Source of the DNA: Rhynchopus sp. YZ270_cl-10
Taxonomy: Eukaryota
Direction: 5' to 3'
Assembly: GCA_964035575.1 (NCBI GenBank)
Contig: OZ037839.1
Location: forward strand, 62,001-126,000
DNA: 64,000 bases
The translations under genes were made by a program, and so were the position numbers. Positions 1 through 10,826 of this stretch are shown here, piece after piece. Under the pieces are notes generated by a model. The model saw nothing but the letters and a program-made list of their open reading frames with translations, was not told where the DNA came from and ran no database searches. Position 1 is the stretch's first letter. The number at the start of each line of letters is the position of its first letter.

Positions 1-699
1 GCACGGCGACAGCACTGCAAGGTATGTCGTGCCACGCACGGCGTCCTCACAACTGACCGGCCCCAGCATCAGCATGCCTTTGTCGGTGGCGGCAAGGACG
101 TGGTTACTGCTCTCAGATGCGGACAGCGCCCTGACCAGGAATGCCTGTGTCTGCACTGTGCGGAGGCTCGTGAAGGTTGTGCTGTCCAGCCACTCGACGG
201 AGGAGTCCTCTGCAAACGCGCACACAATGTGCAGAGATGTGAGTGCAATGCAGGACACTCGGCGAGTTGTGACTGTTGTTGTTGTGCCACGCACGAGATC
301 GACCTTAAGCAGGTGGCCCGTATCACCGTCCACGAACGCACACCAGGTGCGGCAGGGCGACAGCGTGAAGGCTTTCCCGTAGTTGCTGTGCTGCACGTCA
401 CGCCGCCACTCTCCCTCCACAATGTCGGGCTCGCCGGTGAACTCTGCCAGCAGCGTATCCCCACTGCATAGGCCAGTGTCGCGCACGAGCGTTGTGTTCT
501 CGCCCAGTTTCACCTTATTTGCGTCCTTCGTGTCGCGCAGCAGCTGTGCAGGTGCCGGCAGACCCTCAGTGTCCACCGGTGGTGTGTCAGGCAGAAGCAC
601 CTCTGTGGCCTTGTGTCGCAGCTCCAGAACTGTCTCGCCTTCGCCCACCTCGACAGCACAGACCTTCCCGCTTTCGAGACACCTCACGTGGACCTCCAT
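1..699 (-). CDS. Ubiquitin-like N-terminal domain + beta-propeller/WD40-like protein, 3'-partial (runs off the window start)
   Basis: Not in the ORF track. Read manually from the ATG at 699, open to base 1: MEVHVRCLESGKVCAVEVGEGETVLELRHKA...DTGLCSGDTLLAEF (ubiquitin-fold pattern), then short beta-strand repeats (KAFTLSPCRTWCAFVD, VSCIALTSLHIVCAF, VRALSASESSNHVLAAT). Same strand and codon style as the neighbouring genes. Confidence 0.75.
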   Translation of the reverse strand, partial: MEVHVRCLESGKVCAVEVGEGETVLELRHKATEVLLPDTPPVDTEGLPAPAQLLRDTKDANKVKLGENTTLVRDTGLCSGDTLLAEFTGEPDIVEGEWRRDVQHSNYGKAFTLSPCRTWCAFVDGDTGHLLKVDLVRGTTTTVTTRRVSCIALTSLHIVCAFAEDSSVEWLDSTTFTSLRTVQTQAFLVRALSASESSNHVLAATDKGMLMLGPVSCEDAVRGTTYLAVLSPC

Positions 700-1315
700 T
701 GATGGGTGGGAACAGGTTATTGTGTTTGCTTGTGTTTGCTGGGGTGTGGTGTCAATACAGGTCAACCAAACACTCAAACGCGAGGCGTCAAAAAAAGGGA
801 TGTTGAAAGAGAGAAGACACAGTTTTGTTATTGAATCTAAAGAGTGCTACCAGTGTGGCCGACATCTCAATTAGCAACCCTCGCATCTCGAACGTGAGGT
901 GCACCCCTCCAAGACACAGGGACTGTTGGGGTGAACGTCCTTCCGTCTCTCACCCTTCTGTTCAGCTGCTCAGTGTCGCTTGGCTTCCTATCACTCACGT
1001 ATGCAAACACGAACAGCCCACAAAGCTTGGTTGTAGCGTACCTGTATGCACAGCTTCGTCACACACTTTCCCAACCCTCTGTGACGTTTCTTTCACTTGG
1101 TATGGGAGATAAAGGCAAACCCAAACCCGCAAAGTCCCTCGAATTGCTTTGGATGAGCTGCTCTGCACACGGAAGGCCAGAACGGGGCTGATGTCGTGGG
1201 TGTAAGGCAACAAGAGAACGATATCGTGCTCTCGGAAAACTCACCGGGTAATCAGCAGGAGATGTTTGATGTGTCAGTTTGTCTCGTAAAAAAGGTGTCC
1301 TTGGTTGACACACAG

Positions 1316-1504
1316 CTAACGCCAGCCTAAGAGTAGCAGGATGCCGACCACAGCGAAGGCAGTGCCCCGTCGTCCCTGCATCACCACGTACACCGCGACA
1401 GCGTAAAAGGCAAACGCGAGCACGTCACCCAAATCCACCTCTACCTCGTACTTCGTGCGGGATGTTACTCCATCAAATTCCGTTACGTCCATTTTTTTTG
1501 TCAT
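1316..1504 (-). CDS. Small (62 aa) putative two-helix membrane protein
   Basis: MTKKMDVTEF...LGDVLAFAFYAVAVYVVMQGRRGTAFAVVGILLLLGWR. GC-rich island with a C/A-rich leader like neighbouring genes; two hydrophobic segments. Confidence 0.55.
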   Translation of the reverse strand: MTKKMDVTEFDGVTSRTKYEVEVDLGDVLAFAFYAVAVYVVMQGRRGTAFAVVGILLLLGWR

Positions 1505-1567
1505 TGTTGTGTTTTTTGTCTGTGGTGGTGGTAGTAGGCTTGAAAATGAAATTTGAATTGAAATATC

Positions 1568-1630
1568 TGAACAGTGTGTACCTTGGTGCAATGACCGGTA
1601 CACCGGGGGGTAGACCCCCAACCGCGCAGT
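1568..1630. repeat. Structured ~60-nt dispersed motif, copy 1 (copy 2 at 12007-12068)
   Basis: GAACAGTGTGTACCTTGGTGCAATGACCGGTACACCGGGGGGTAGACCCCCAACCGCGCAGT aligns with the copy at 12007; three small hairpins. Confidence 0.6.
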
Positions 1631-2365
1631 ATACGAGGGGGTCTTGTCATTATTTAGTCTTACCTTGTCACATGACTAGTCATGGGTGGTAACTAGGTCG
1701 TGGTGTACTACATCCATTTCGTGGTTGGGTATCTGATGAAGGATCGCAAAAATGACAAAACCTTTCTTTTTATTCATCAGTTTGTTGATCGCATCCATCA
1801 ATTTGTTTTCAAACCCCCAAAAAGACCCTAAAACCCCCTTAAAAGACCCGCGCCCTGAGGTACGGCGAGAGGTGGAGCACAAAAGGGCGGGGGGAAAAGG
1901 GGAACGGTAAGACTTCAGGACAGCCAGAAGAAAAAGCATTGTTTCAGTTCCAGACGTATTGCATCCTTGCAGGGGTTTGTTCTGCAAACAAAATGCAACG
2001 TCTGTAGCGTTAAAGCAAATCTTAACGTACGTACACTCTTGTTGATTCTAAAAAAGGGGGGAAGGGAAGTCGCGAAACAGGAAAAGAAGGAGAGGTTGAA
2101 GTGTTTCAACGCTTCCCCAACCCCATATAGAGATAGGCACACATACAGAAAAGAGTGTCTTGAAATACAAAAGCCGTCTCGCGACAGTGTATCAAAACAA
2201 CAATCCTTTAGGAGGGCATAACCCCCCTTTTTCGGGAAATCCAAAACCTTGGCACCTCGGGGGAAAAGGCTTAATGTTTACCTGGAGTATATTTTTAATG
2301 TGAGATGAACCTAAGCCTCCACGCTTACCTTCACACAGTACGCTATCCTTATCCCCTTTGCTGTC

Positions 2366-5300
2366 CTATCTTGGGTACGCATCCTCGGGCACGCGGTGCA
2401 GCTGTATCCAAAACAATATGACAACGAGGAGTGCAACAGCAGCGATGCGTTGCCGTCCCTTCAAGCTGACGTGGATGGCTAGCAGCGTGAAGCCGAGTGT
2501 GCCTACGAGGACACCCGAGCCTTGCGCAGGTTCCCATTCCTCTGTGTACACGACGTTGTCTACGTAGCGTATGTCCGTAGTAGCATCACCTGGGTATCCT
2601 GAGTAGTCCCCACAGAAGTCGTATATCTTGCGTGCAAACACCTCTGCACGGTGCTCCTTGTCCGCCACCTCTCCCGCAAGCTCTTTCTTCAGACCGCCAC
2701 CCCCGCACGTCCGATGCCACACCTGTTCCGGCAGGTACGACCCTTGCAGCACCTCGCGCATCCCACCGCAGGCACAGCTCAGCTCCACCTTCTGCACCTC
2801 CTCACGCGGCACAGCAGCGCTGTCCCACACACTGTGCAGGAGGTGGTAGAACAGCTTCCACTGGCGGTGGTCCGTTGCATCGGTTTTGTGCAGCTTGACC
2901 CACTGCGTCGAGGCTGCAGCGATGGAGGCGGCTGCGTCCTCCCTGCTCTCAAGCCAGTCAATCGCGTCGGATAGGTTCTGCTCCATCGCAGCAAAGCCGC
3001 CTGAGACGGGGACGTAGTGCACCCACGGCTGCAGGTCGCTGTGGTAGTACTCCTCCATAGCAGGCGCAGTGCGTGGCATGATGAGCGTCACACCGCCACC
3101 CCTCAGGATGTACGGGATGCGCACACAGGTCCCAAAGCCGTCGACGGCGAGGACGTACCGGTGCCTGAGCATATCTTCGAAGTCTACACGCGTGCGAAAG
3201 GCGCCTGCGTCGCTCCACGGGTTTGAATCGCACAGAGTGTCCGCCATGCCTCGTGCGCGAGAAGGCAGTGTGCCCGCCTGCACGGCGTGGCGAAGGTACT
3301 CCTCACAGGCGTCCTCGCTGCCTTCAGAGCTGGTCAGGCCTGCGTCCAGCTTTGGGTGCACCTCCAGCGCAGACAGCAGCGACACGTGAAGGCGCTCGTT
3401 GCTTGTGTAGCTCCCGCGGAAGATGCACCCTCGCTTAAGACTGCTCCACGCCTCATGCGCAGCGCCGTCAAGATGGCTCACCTGCACCGCCTCCTCGAAC
3501 GGAAGCGCAATGTGGTAAGGGCCCTTCGTGTTCGTGGAGTAGCGTATGATCGGGTACGGCGGTGGTGCCGCACCGCTCACGAAGGATGGGTACGCATGCT
3601 GCACAGCGTTGTCGTCGCCGAAGAAGACAATCAGGTCGAAGGAGAACGTCTTCGGCAGTGCGCCCCCGAAGATACCCTCCAGCACCTTCCCCACTGTGAT
3701 GCTCAGGTACGTCCCGCGCGAACCGTTTTTCCCTGTGAGCATCTCCCAGTTCAGGATCTCGCCGTTTTCAATGAAGATGCGCATCCCTGCATCGTCACGA
3801 TGGTCGGCAGAGTCGACGACAGCATCCGACTCAGCACGCGAGAGGGAAGTGTACCCACGCATGCGGTGTGCCATGGCAGCACCACGACGCTCGCACATCC
3901 ACCGCTCCTCGGCGTCGGCCACAGGGTCGCAGACAGTACTGATGACCTTCGCCTTGCCCGGAAGTGTCTTCTCCAATTCGTCTAAGAAGCGCGTCTTCCT
4001 GAGGGCAGCCTCACGCTGGAGGGCCTCCTCACGCAGGCGGTCGATGCGTGCAAGGCGTGCCGACTTCGCATCGTTCTTCGTGCTGTCTGTGCTGTGAGCA
4101 TCATGTGTCCAGGGGAAGCACACAGGCCGCTGTGTGTGCCCGCACGTCACGTTCCACAGATGTGACTTCACGTCGTGACGCAGGCCCTTGAGTGCACTCC
4201 AGGTGTCGCAGCTGTCGCAGGAAAGCTGCGTGGCAGGCACGGTGCTCGTACCTCCCTGCCACACGTTGTGAAGGAGGTGGAAGAAGAGCTGCCACTGCCG
4301 CATGTCCGTACGGCGCGATTTGTGCTTCTGCATCCAGCGCGTTGACGACTCAGCTATCTCGCGTGCAGCTTTGCCATCGCCATCGCGCAGCCATTCGATC
4401 GTTGACAACAGATTCGCCTCCAGCTGCGGCACGTCTGATGCGAGAGGGATGTACTGCAGCCACGCAGACATATCCTGCAAGTAGTACTCTTGCATGTGGG
4501 GCACATCACGCAGCAGAAGAGGCACACCTGGAAGAGCAAAGTGTGCAGCCAGGTTCGTGTCGTTCGTGTCATGCACAACAACGTAGCGGTACATCGCAAT
4601 GTCCTGCAGGCCCATCGGCCCACGCACAACACCTCTCATCGTGTCGCCTGGGTACCTCTGTGCGAGGCAGAGCGAGTGTGCACCTTCGTCGATAAGACGC
4701 CCACGACGCCCCATCACACCGCCCTCCACCGCACCCACAAGGAACGCCTCGCACGCAGTCGAGTTCCGCAGCGTCGTGACACCGAAGTTGAGGACTTCGC
4801 CCACCAGCCCTGACGCAGCCATGCCTGCAAGCAGCAGTGGTATGTCGCCACGGTCCTTGCCACGGAACACGGCACGCTTCTTCAGCTCTTCCCAGCGTGG
4901 CACCTCTGGGGCGGGTGTGCGGTGAAGCGCTTCGTTAAGAGGAAGCGCCACGTGAGCAGCACACGTCTCTGCAACACGGTGGTGCACCAGCGGCAGAGGC
5001 AGGGGTGCCGTGCAGCCCACGTCGCCAAGCATGACAACAAAGTCGAACGTAAAGCCAGCCTCCAGCGCACCCCACTCCTGCACCTCCAGCACGCGTGCGA
5101 CAGCTGCGCTCACGAGTGTCTCGTTCGCATCACCGAAGCTCTGCCAGCCACGCAGCTTCCCTTCCACAACTGATAGGCGCACACCTGAGCCCTGTGTAGC
5201 AGCAACAAAGCCGTCGATGCTGCTGCAGGACGTACCCTGCATTGGTGCCAGCTGGCGTGCCATGCGTGCACCACGCTTGGTGCACATCCATTGCTCGCTT

Positions 5301-6979
5301 GGGTCGTGGATCTTGCCGCACACCTTCATCACCGCTGCGCCTGCACTTTGGTGCGACTCCTGCAGCAGCGAGAGATGGTCCACGGCGCGTGCCTTCTCTG
5401 CTGCCTCCGCTGCGTGGATGCGCTTCAGCTCTGTTTGGTCATGCTCGTTGTCGTCTGTGCGGATGCGGGCTGCTGTGTTGCGTGCGAAGCAGTTCTTCGG
5501 CGGCAGCGCACGTGTCGAGAAGGCGTCGATGAAGTCGGAGCTCTCTACCTCACCCACCAGCTCGTCGCTCAGGCCCACACCGCCGCAGGTCAGCCGCCAC
5601 AGATCGCGGTGGAAGCTGAACTCAAGGTCCAAAGCGTCGAGCCCGTCACATGCGCATGACAGCGTCTCGTCCCCAGCACCGCTTTCCTCTGTGCGCATTG
5701 GTGGCGGCACGACACTGCTGTCCCACACACTGTGCAGGAGGTGGTAAAACAGCTTCCACTGGCGGTGGTCCGCTGCGTGCGTCTTGTGCAAGTTAACCCA
5801 CCCAGTCGACGCTGCAGCGATGGACTGTGCAGTGGTGTTGTCTGCTTCTAGCCACGCTAGGCTTGTGGTGATGTTGCTGTGCAGCTGCGCACGCTGGTGG
5901 GTGACGGGCACGTAGTGCACGAAGGGCACGAGGGCGGAGTAGAAGTACTCCTGCACTGCAGTGCTGTGCAGGATAAGCGGCACACCGGGAGCACGCAGCA
6001 GGGGGGCAAGGTTCTCCACCACACCCGCGTCGTCTGCGGCAAGCAGGTAGCGGTGGCGGACCTGGCGGTCGTACGACACTGGTGGCTGCAGGACACTGCG
6101 GTGCGAGTTGCCGCACAGCACACTGTGCGACGTGTTGCGTACAGACGCAGGCAGCATAGGCACCTCTGCAGCCACGTCGTCGGCAACATACGCCTCACAG
6201 CGTTCGTCACGGTCCATCATGTCCGTCAGCGCAAAGTCGAACGCAGCCTCCCCCACAGACAGCAGCGCAAGGTGCAGCCTAGCATCGCTGCTGTAGCGCC
6301 CCCTAAAGAACGCAGTCCCCTTCAAGTCGTCCCACCCACGGAATGCATGCAGCTGCCGCATCCCAAACTGAAACACCTCCAAAAACGGCAGCGCGAACTG
6401 CAGCGTGCAATCAGCGTGCGTCGCAACCTTTATGACAGGGTACGCGTGGGCATCGTCGAGGCCAACACACTTCTTGCCGTCGCCAAACACAATAATCAAA
6501 TCGAAGGTGAACGTCTCCGGCAGTGCACCCCCACGCACGCCTTCGAGGATCTTGCCCAGAGCAGCGGCACTGCGCTCATGGTCGTCGTTGGCGGTGTTGA
6601 GCAACTCCCAACGCTGGATCTGGCCCGCCACGATGGCAACACGCACACCCGAGTCATCGCTGTTGATGATCGCGTCTGCGGCCCTGTCTGCATCGCGCGA
6701 CGTCAGGGATGCGAAGCGCTGCATCCGCACTGCCATGTGTGCACCACGCCGCTCGCACATCCACCGCTCCTCCTTGTCCACGACTGCCTTGCACACTGTG
6801 TCCACGGCCTGTCGCTGCGGGCCTGTGATGTCGGCCATGTAATCGTGACCACGGTCTGCGCGCCACTGCTCCAAATACTCTGCACGCAGTGCGTCCAACA
6901 CTGTGTGCGACTGATGCGTGTCTGTTGTGCTGCCTGCAGCGCACACCAGCGCAGCCACAATGCAGTGGCGGAAACTCAT
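2366..6979 (-). CDS. Membrane-anchored protein with three tandem glycosyltransferase family 90 (CAP10/POGLUT-like) domains
   Basis: 1537 aa with an N-terminal signal peptide. GT90 motifs occur three times: FRG(R/K/S); RYLLAADD / RYVVVHD / RYVLAVDG; EYFYSALVPFVHYVPV / EYYLQDMSAWLQYIPL / EYYHSDLQPWVHYVPV; A..IA..ST.W. C-terminal hydrophobic hairpin. Confidence 0.85.
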   Translation of the reverse strand: MSFRHCIVAALVCAAGSTTDTHQSHTVLDALRAEYLEQWRADRGHDYMADITGPQRQAVDTVCKAVVDKEERWMCERRGAHMAVRMQRFASLTSRDADRAADAIINSDDSGVRVAIVAGQIQRWELLNTANDDHERSAAALGKILEGVRGGALPETFTFDLIIVFGDGKKCVGLDDAHAYPVIKVATHADCTLQFALPFLEVFQFGMRQLHAFRGWDDLKGTAFFRGRYSSDARLHLALLSVGEAAFDFALTDMMDRDERCEAYVADDVAAEVPMLPASVRNTSHSVLCGNSHRSVLQPPVSYDRQVRHRYLLAADDAGVVENLAPLLRAPGVPLILHSTAVQEYFYSALVPFVHYVPVTHQRAQLHSNITTSLAWLEADNTTAQSIAAASTGWVNLHKTHAADHRQWKLFYHLLHSVWDSSVVPPPMRTEESGAGDETLSCACDGLDALDLEFSFHRDLWRLTCGGVGLSDELVGEVESSDFIDAFSTRALPPKNCFARNTAARIRTDDNEHDQTELKRIHAAEAAEKARAVDHLSLLQESHQSAGAAVMKVCGKIHDPSEQWMCTKRGARMARQLAPMQGTSCSSIDGFVAATQGSGVRLSVVEGKLRGWQSFGDANETLVSAAVARVLEVQEWGALEAGFTFDFVVMLGDVGCTAPLPLPLVHHRVAETCAAHVALPLNEALHRTPAPEVPRWEELKKRAVFRGKDRGDIPLLLAGMAASGLVGEVLNFGVTTLRNSTACEAFLVGAVEGGVMGRRGRLIDEGAHSLCLAQRYPGDTMRGVVRGPMGLQDIAMYRYVVVHDTNDTNLAAHFALPGVPLLLRDVPHMQEYYLQDMSAWLQYIPLASDVPQLEANLLSTIEWLRDGDGKAAREIAESSTRWMQKHKSRRTDMRQWQLFFHLLHNVWQGGTSTVPATQLSCDSCDTWSALKGLRHDVKSHLWNVTCGHTQRPVCFPWTHDAHSTDSTKNDAKSARLARIDRLREEALQREAALRKTRFLDELEKTLPGKAKVISTVCDPVADAEERWMCERRGAAMAHRMRGYTSLSRAESDAVVDSADHRDDAGMRIFIENGEILNWEMLTGKNGSRGTYLSITVGKVLEGIFGGALPKTFSFDLIVFFGDDNAVQHAYPSFVSGAAPPPYPIIRYSTNTKGPYHIALPFEEAVQVSHLDGAAHEAWSSLKRGCIFRGSYTSNERLHVSLLSALEVHPKLDAGLTSSEGSEDACEEYLRHAVQAGTLPSRARGMADTLCDSNPWSDAGAFRTRVDFEDMLRHRYVLAVDGFGTCVRIPYILRGGGVTLIMPRTAPAMEEYYHSDLQPWVHYVPVSGGFAAMEQNLSDAIDWLESREDAAASIAAASTQWVKLHKTDATDHRQWKLFYHLLHSVWDSAAVPREEVQKVELSCACGGMREVLQGSYLPEQVWHRTCGGGGLKKELAGEVADKEHRAEVFARKIYDFCGDYSGYPGDATTDIRYVDNVVYTEEWEPAQGSGVLVGTLGFTLLAIHVSLKGRQRIAAVALLVVILFWIQLHRVPEDAYPR

Positions 6980-7429
6980 AGGGGAATGGCCCCTGGTGCT
7001 GTCACTGTTGGTGTGTGGTTGTGGTATGTGGGCGTATCAAAAAATGAAAGACCAAAGGGATGTTCGTTCATGAGGGCAATGAGCATGTGAGCATGTGAGC
7101 GACAGTAAGGGGATTTTGGTAATAGAATGAAGAAGATTAGCGAAGAGAGGAAATGGGGGAGTGGGGGATAACCTTTGCTTTAGTGTGTAGTGTTCAGCAT
7201 ATTTAACATAACGGACAAAGGAACTCAAGAAAAACGGTAAATGTGAACGAAAAAAAAAGATGAATACTGTGCAGCATCTTAACAAAGGGGAAGAAAGGTG
7301 CAGCAGGGAACGTCAGGAGCGTGGATCCTCCGCTCTCTGCTGCACGGTCTGCTTGCTTGCGCGCAGCAGGGGTGGGTGGGTGCGGGGGGGTGGGTAATGT
7401 GCTGGATGTTCCACCAGCTACTGCTACTG

Positions 7430-9514
7430 CTACTCATAAAAGTTCCACACCAACACGGACCTGTCGTTGCCGCAGGACAGCACCTGCTTGTCGTCTGGGG
7501 AAAAGCACACCTGGTTGACCGTGCCTGTGTGCCCAACGCCGGTTTGGATCGGTGTGAACTGTGCGGTGTCCCACATGGTCACAACCTGGTCTGTGCCACC
7601 AGTGGCGAAGTACTTGTCAGAGTGCGAACCGGCAATAGTGGTGGCAACTACGTCGGAGTACTGCGACCCTATGTGAGCCTGCTTGACTGTTTCGTGCTGG
7701 CGTGTGTCCCACAGAGAGACCTTCTTGTCGGTGCCGGTGGTGATAAAGTTCTGCTGGTTCTTGCACAGAAACATGCTGTTGATCTGCCCCATTTGCAGCA
7801 TGTTCGTCGCCACACGCTGCCCAGTGCTGAGCTGCCACGTCAACACAGAGCGGTCATGCGAGCAAGAGAGGAGGTGCGTGTCATTGTCAAAAAGCTGCAG
7901 ACAGGTGACCTTAGATTTGTGCTCCTTTAGCTCCATCTGCAGCTGACGGGTCTGCAGCGACCACACCTTGATCTCGCCGTGCGCACCTGAAGTGACGAAG
8001 AACGCGAGAGTTGACGCAAGCACGACACTGGTGCACGCACCCGTGTGTGCCTTCTGAACCTCCCAATGCATCTCACCGTCAATCGTGTCGAAGCAACGGA
8101 TGCTTCCGTCGCTCCACCCCGTCAGCGCCGTGTCCGTGTCCCCCACGTACTGGATACAGAGCGGCATCGCCATGTGGTCCTTGCACTGTGCTTGGCGCCC
8201 TCCCACACCGCCACCCTGCCCTCCGAACTTGCCCTCCGCTAGCACCGTGTGTGTGTCCTGCGTGCCCTTCGCCCTGCGCCCGTCACCACGCCCGACACCA
8301 CCATGGCAGGTTTGGAAGTAGCTGCTCAAGTCCCAGACACGGAAGACACCGTCGGCACTGCCCGAAGCAAATGTGTCGCTGCGTGCGGAAGGAAAGGCGA
8401 CGGTGAGGACCTCTGCCAGCGGCGCAGATGAGAGGTGCGTGGGCTGCTGTCCGTCCTGCACTTTGTAGATGTCGCCTGCAGCCGTGCCTGCCACAACACC
8501 GTCGCCACACTTCGCAATCGAGTTTACAGGTCCGCTGAGGGTGTGCTCGTGCGTGACCTGCATGCTCGCCTCTGTGTGGTCCGTTACGACACACCTGCAC
8601 AGCTCGCCGCCAGCACCACCGATGCGCAGGTTGGTCGTCCGTACGGAGTGGCCTCCAAAGCGTGCGTACTGGAACCCTTCTGCACGCGTGTCGTCGTCAA
8701 CTTCGGGAAGCGTGTCTTCGCACAGAATGAAGCGGACACCTGCGTTGAAGATCTTGAGCGACTTGATGCACTTCCCATCCAGAGTGTTGATGACGCACAC
8801 ATCGCCTGTCTCGCTGCCCAGGAAGAGCAGGTCGCCGTGTCGTGAGTACGCAGCAGACGTCCAGTTTCGCACAAGGTTTCCTGTGTTGGTGCGCACAGGA
8901 GTCATGACACCCTGCTTGAAGGGGCACACATGGAAGCGGTGGACATGAGTGCCGGAGGCAAGCATGAAGTGGTAGCTGTCGGTGGGCCTGCGCTTCACGT
9001 CCTCGACACGTCCGCCCCAGGCACAGCAAGACGTCTGCGCAGTGTCGTCTGTTGCGGGGATCTGCGTGACGGCGACCATACCACCTGTGGACATATCCCA
9101 CACTACGACGCGCCTGTCTTGGTGGTTGCCCACGGTGAGGAGGAGACGATCGTCCTGTGTGACGGCGATGGCAGCCACACCGTGGTCGTGCTCCGTGATG
9201 CGGAAGAGGATGCGCTCCGTCTCTGTGCACCACACCACGACGTCGGGGCTGGACCCGCTCACCTGCGCCGTCACGACACGCTTTCCAGAGTTGGTGATGG
9301 CAAGCAGCCCTACGGTCTCCTCCGTCGCACGCATGAACTGCTGCTGGTGTGCGCTTGCGGTGCTGCCCGACACAACACAGCCACCTGCCACGTAGTAGAA
9401 CCCTGTCCCGCCACGCTTCGCCACGCAGTTCCCGTACCCTGCGTTGTACCCGATGGCATGCTCCAGCTCAATCGTGGGGGGATGTGGCGGCGCGATGCTT
9501 GAACACAAAGACAT
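7430..9514 (-). CDS. WD40-repeat protein, CFAP52/WDR16-like (cilia- and flagella-associated)
   Basis: 694 aa. N-terminal ELEHAIGYN and C-terminal GVGHTGTVNQVCFSPDDKQVLSCGNDRSVLVW resemble CFAP52; multiple GH...WD repeats. Orthologue versus paralogue cannot be resolved by eye. Confidence 0.8.
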   Translation of the reverse strand: MSLCSSIAPPHPPTIELEHAIGYNAGYGNCVAKRGGTGFYYVAGGCVVSGSTASAHQQQFMRATEETVGLLAITNSGKRVVTAQVSGSSPDVVVWCTETERILFRITEHDHGVAAIAVTQDDRLLLTVGNHQDRRVVVWDMSTGGMVAVTQIPATDDTAQTSCCAWGGRVEDVKRRPTDSYHFMLASGTHVHRFHVCPFKQGVMTPVRTNTGNLVRNWTSAAYSRHGDLLFLGSETGDVCVINTLDGKCIKSLKIFNAGVRFILCEDTLPEVDDDTRAEGFQYARFGGHSVRTTNLRIGGAGGELCRCVVTDHTEASMQVTHEHTLSGPVNSIAKCGDGVVAGTAAGDIYKVQDGQQPTHLSSAPLAEVLTVAFPSARSDTFASGSADGVFRVWDLSSYFQTCHGGVGRGDGRRAKGTQDTHTVLAEGKFGGQGGGVGGRQAQCKDHMAMPLCIQYVGDTDTALTGWSDGSIRCFDTIDGEMHWEVQKAHTGACTSVVLASTLAFFVTSGAHGEIKVWSLQTRQLQMELKEHKSKVTCLQLFDNDTHLLSCSHDRSVLTWQLSTGQRVATNMLQMGQINSMFLCKNQQNFITTGTDKKVSLWDTRQHETVKQAHIGSQYSDVVATTIAGSHSDKYFATGGTDQVVTMWDTAQFTPIQTGVGHTGTVNQVCFSPDDKQVLSCGNDRSVLVWNFYE

Positions 9515-9870
9515 TTTGGTGTGAGTTTTCCTGTTGTGTGCAAAGTGGTGTGATATCAGTTATGGGTAATTACGGAATTGAGGTAAAGGGTGTAAGTGGT
9601 CCTTGTGAATTAGTACAGAAACAATAAAAACTCCATTCGTGTCCTCCACCCCTTCCCGTATGATCGTTCGTGCACTCAAAGCGATGCGTGACTACTTACT
9701 ACTACACAGACAAAACAAATAGAATCCTAATACGATGCTTCCTCAGCAGAGGGCACGAATGCTCATACAAGATGATAGTCTGCCACATGTCGACTTCTTT
9801 CCAAAAAAAACCCCCTTTGAACAACACAACCTCCCCTTCCACTTTCCCCTCTCCTCCCCACCTGCGAGCT

Positions 9871-10638
9871 TCACTGCAAGAGCTCAAGCACCCTCTGCTT
9901 GTAATGCGCTGTACTGACGTCCGGTGTGACTGCGACGGTGTGCAGGTGTGCTGCAGGTGGGAGTGCTTCGCGCACCACAGCCTCCGTTGCGAGGCGGCGC
10001 TCTGCGTATCCTGATGCCTGCTGTTCGGCACAGCCGAAGTCGTCGACAAGGATGACGTCTGTCACATGGTCATGCAGCACACCACATCCTCCACCACCAC
10101 CACCACCTGCACCCAACGTCATAACCGTACACGAGGGAGGTAGTACAGTGCGCAGCACAGCCTCCGCCTCCTCGTAGTGGTCAGTCGCCACGACTGTCAC
10201 CGTGTCCACGCCGTCAGGTGCAGGAAACTGGAGTAGTGCGTCCCAGAAGGCACGCTCCTTCTTCGCGTGGCCGACCTGTGCAGAGACAGCAAGCAGGACA
10301 GTGCGGTGCGCAAGCAGCTCTGTCCAGTCGGCGTCGATTGTGTGCGCGCTCCAGTATCGTGCGAGGAAGACGTCCAGCGCTGTGTCAGGAGGGCCTGAGG
10401 GGGCAGAGGCAGTGTCCGTGTGTGCACGCATCCACTGCAGTGCGGCCTCGCGGAACGACGTCTGCTGCGTGCTGCACGTCCCCCATGTGGCGGACACCAT
10501 CTTCCAGTACTCGGCCTCCGTCATGTGTTCGCACAGCCTGCTTGCCTGCATGTGGCTGGCTACATCGAATCTGCACACATCACGCGACAGAGTCCCACAC
10601 AGGTCTAGCACCACCATCCTTAATGCGCGTGGTGGCAT
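9871..10638 (-). CDS. Hypothetical protein, HAD-superfamily-like
   Basis: Likely start MPPRALRM at 10638 (the ORF-track extension to 10761 is AT-rich leader). VVLDLCGTL resembles HAD motif I (DxDGTL) and ILVDDF resembles motif IV. Confidence 0.6.
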   Translation of the reverse strand: MPPRALRMVVLDLCGTLSRDVCRFDVASHMQASRLCEHMTEAEYWKMVSATWGTCSTQQTSFREAALQWMRAHTDTASAPSGPPDTALDVFLARYWSAHTIDADWTELLAHRTVLLAVSAQVGHAKKERAFWDALLQFPAPDGVDTVTVVATDHYEEAEAVLRTVLPPSCTVMTLGAGGGGGGGCGVLHDHVTDVILVDDFGCAEQQASGYAERRLATEAVVREALPPAAHLHTVAVTPDVSTAHYKQRVLELLQ

Positions 10639-10826
10639 GCTTCCTAGCACCCAACCCCTAAGAGGGTGAAGGTGTGAAGGTGTGAATGTGTGAATGCAGG
10701 AGATTAAAGAGAGAGGGTTTGGATAGATTTCTTTTTTCATAATATCTACATAAAAAATCATCTAGGGGGAAGGGGAGAGGGCCACTGGACCATTTGGTCA
10801 ACATCACCCACCCACCCACCCACTCT

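Noticed and set aside
5879..7090. 403-aa plus-strand ORF and other antisense ORFs over the real genes
   Set aside because: Shadow frames of GC-rich minus-strand genes, with no recognisable motifs.
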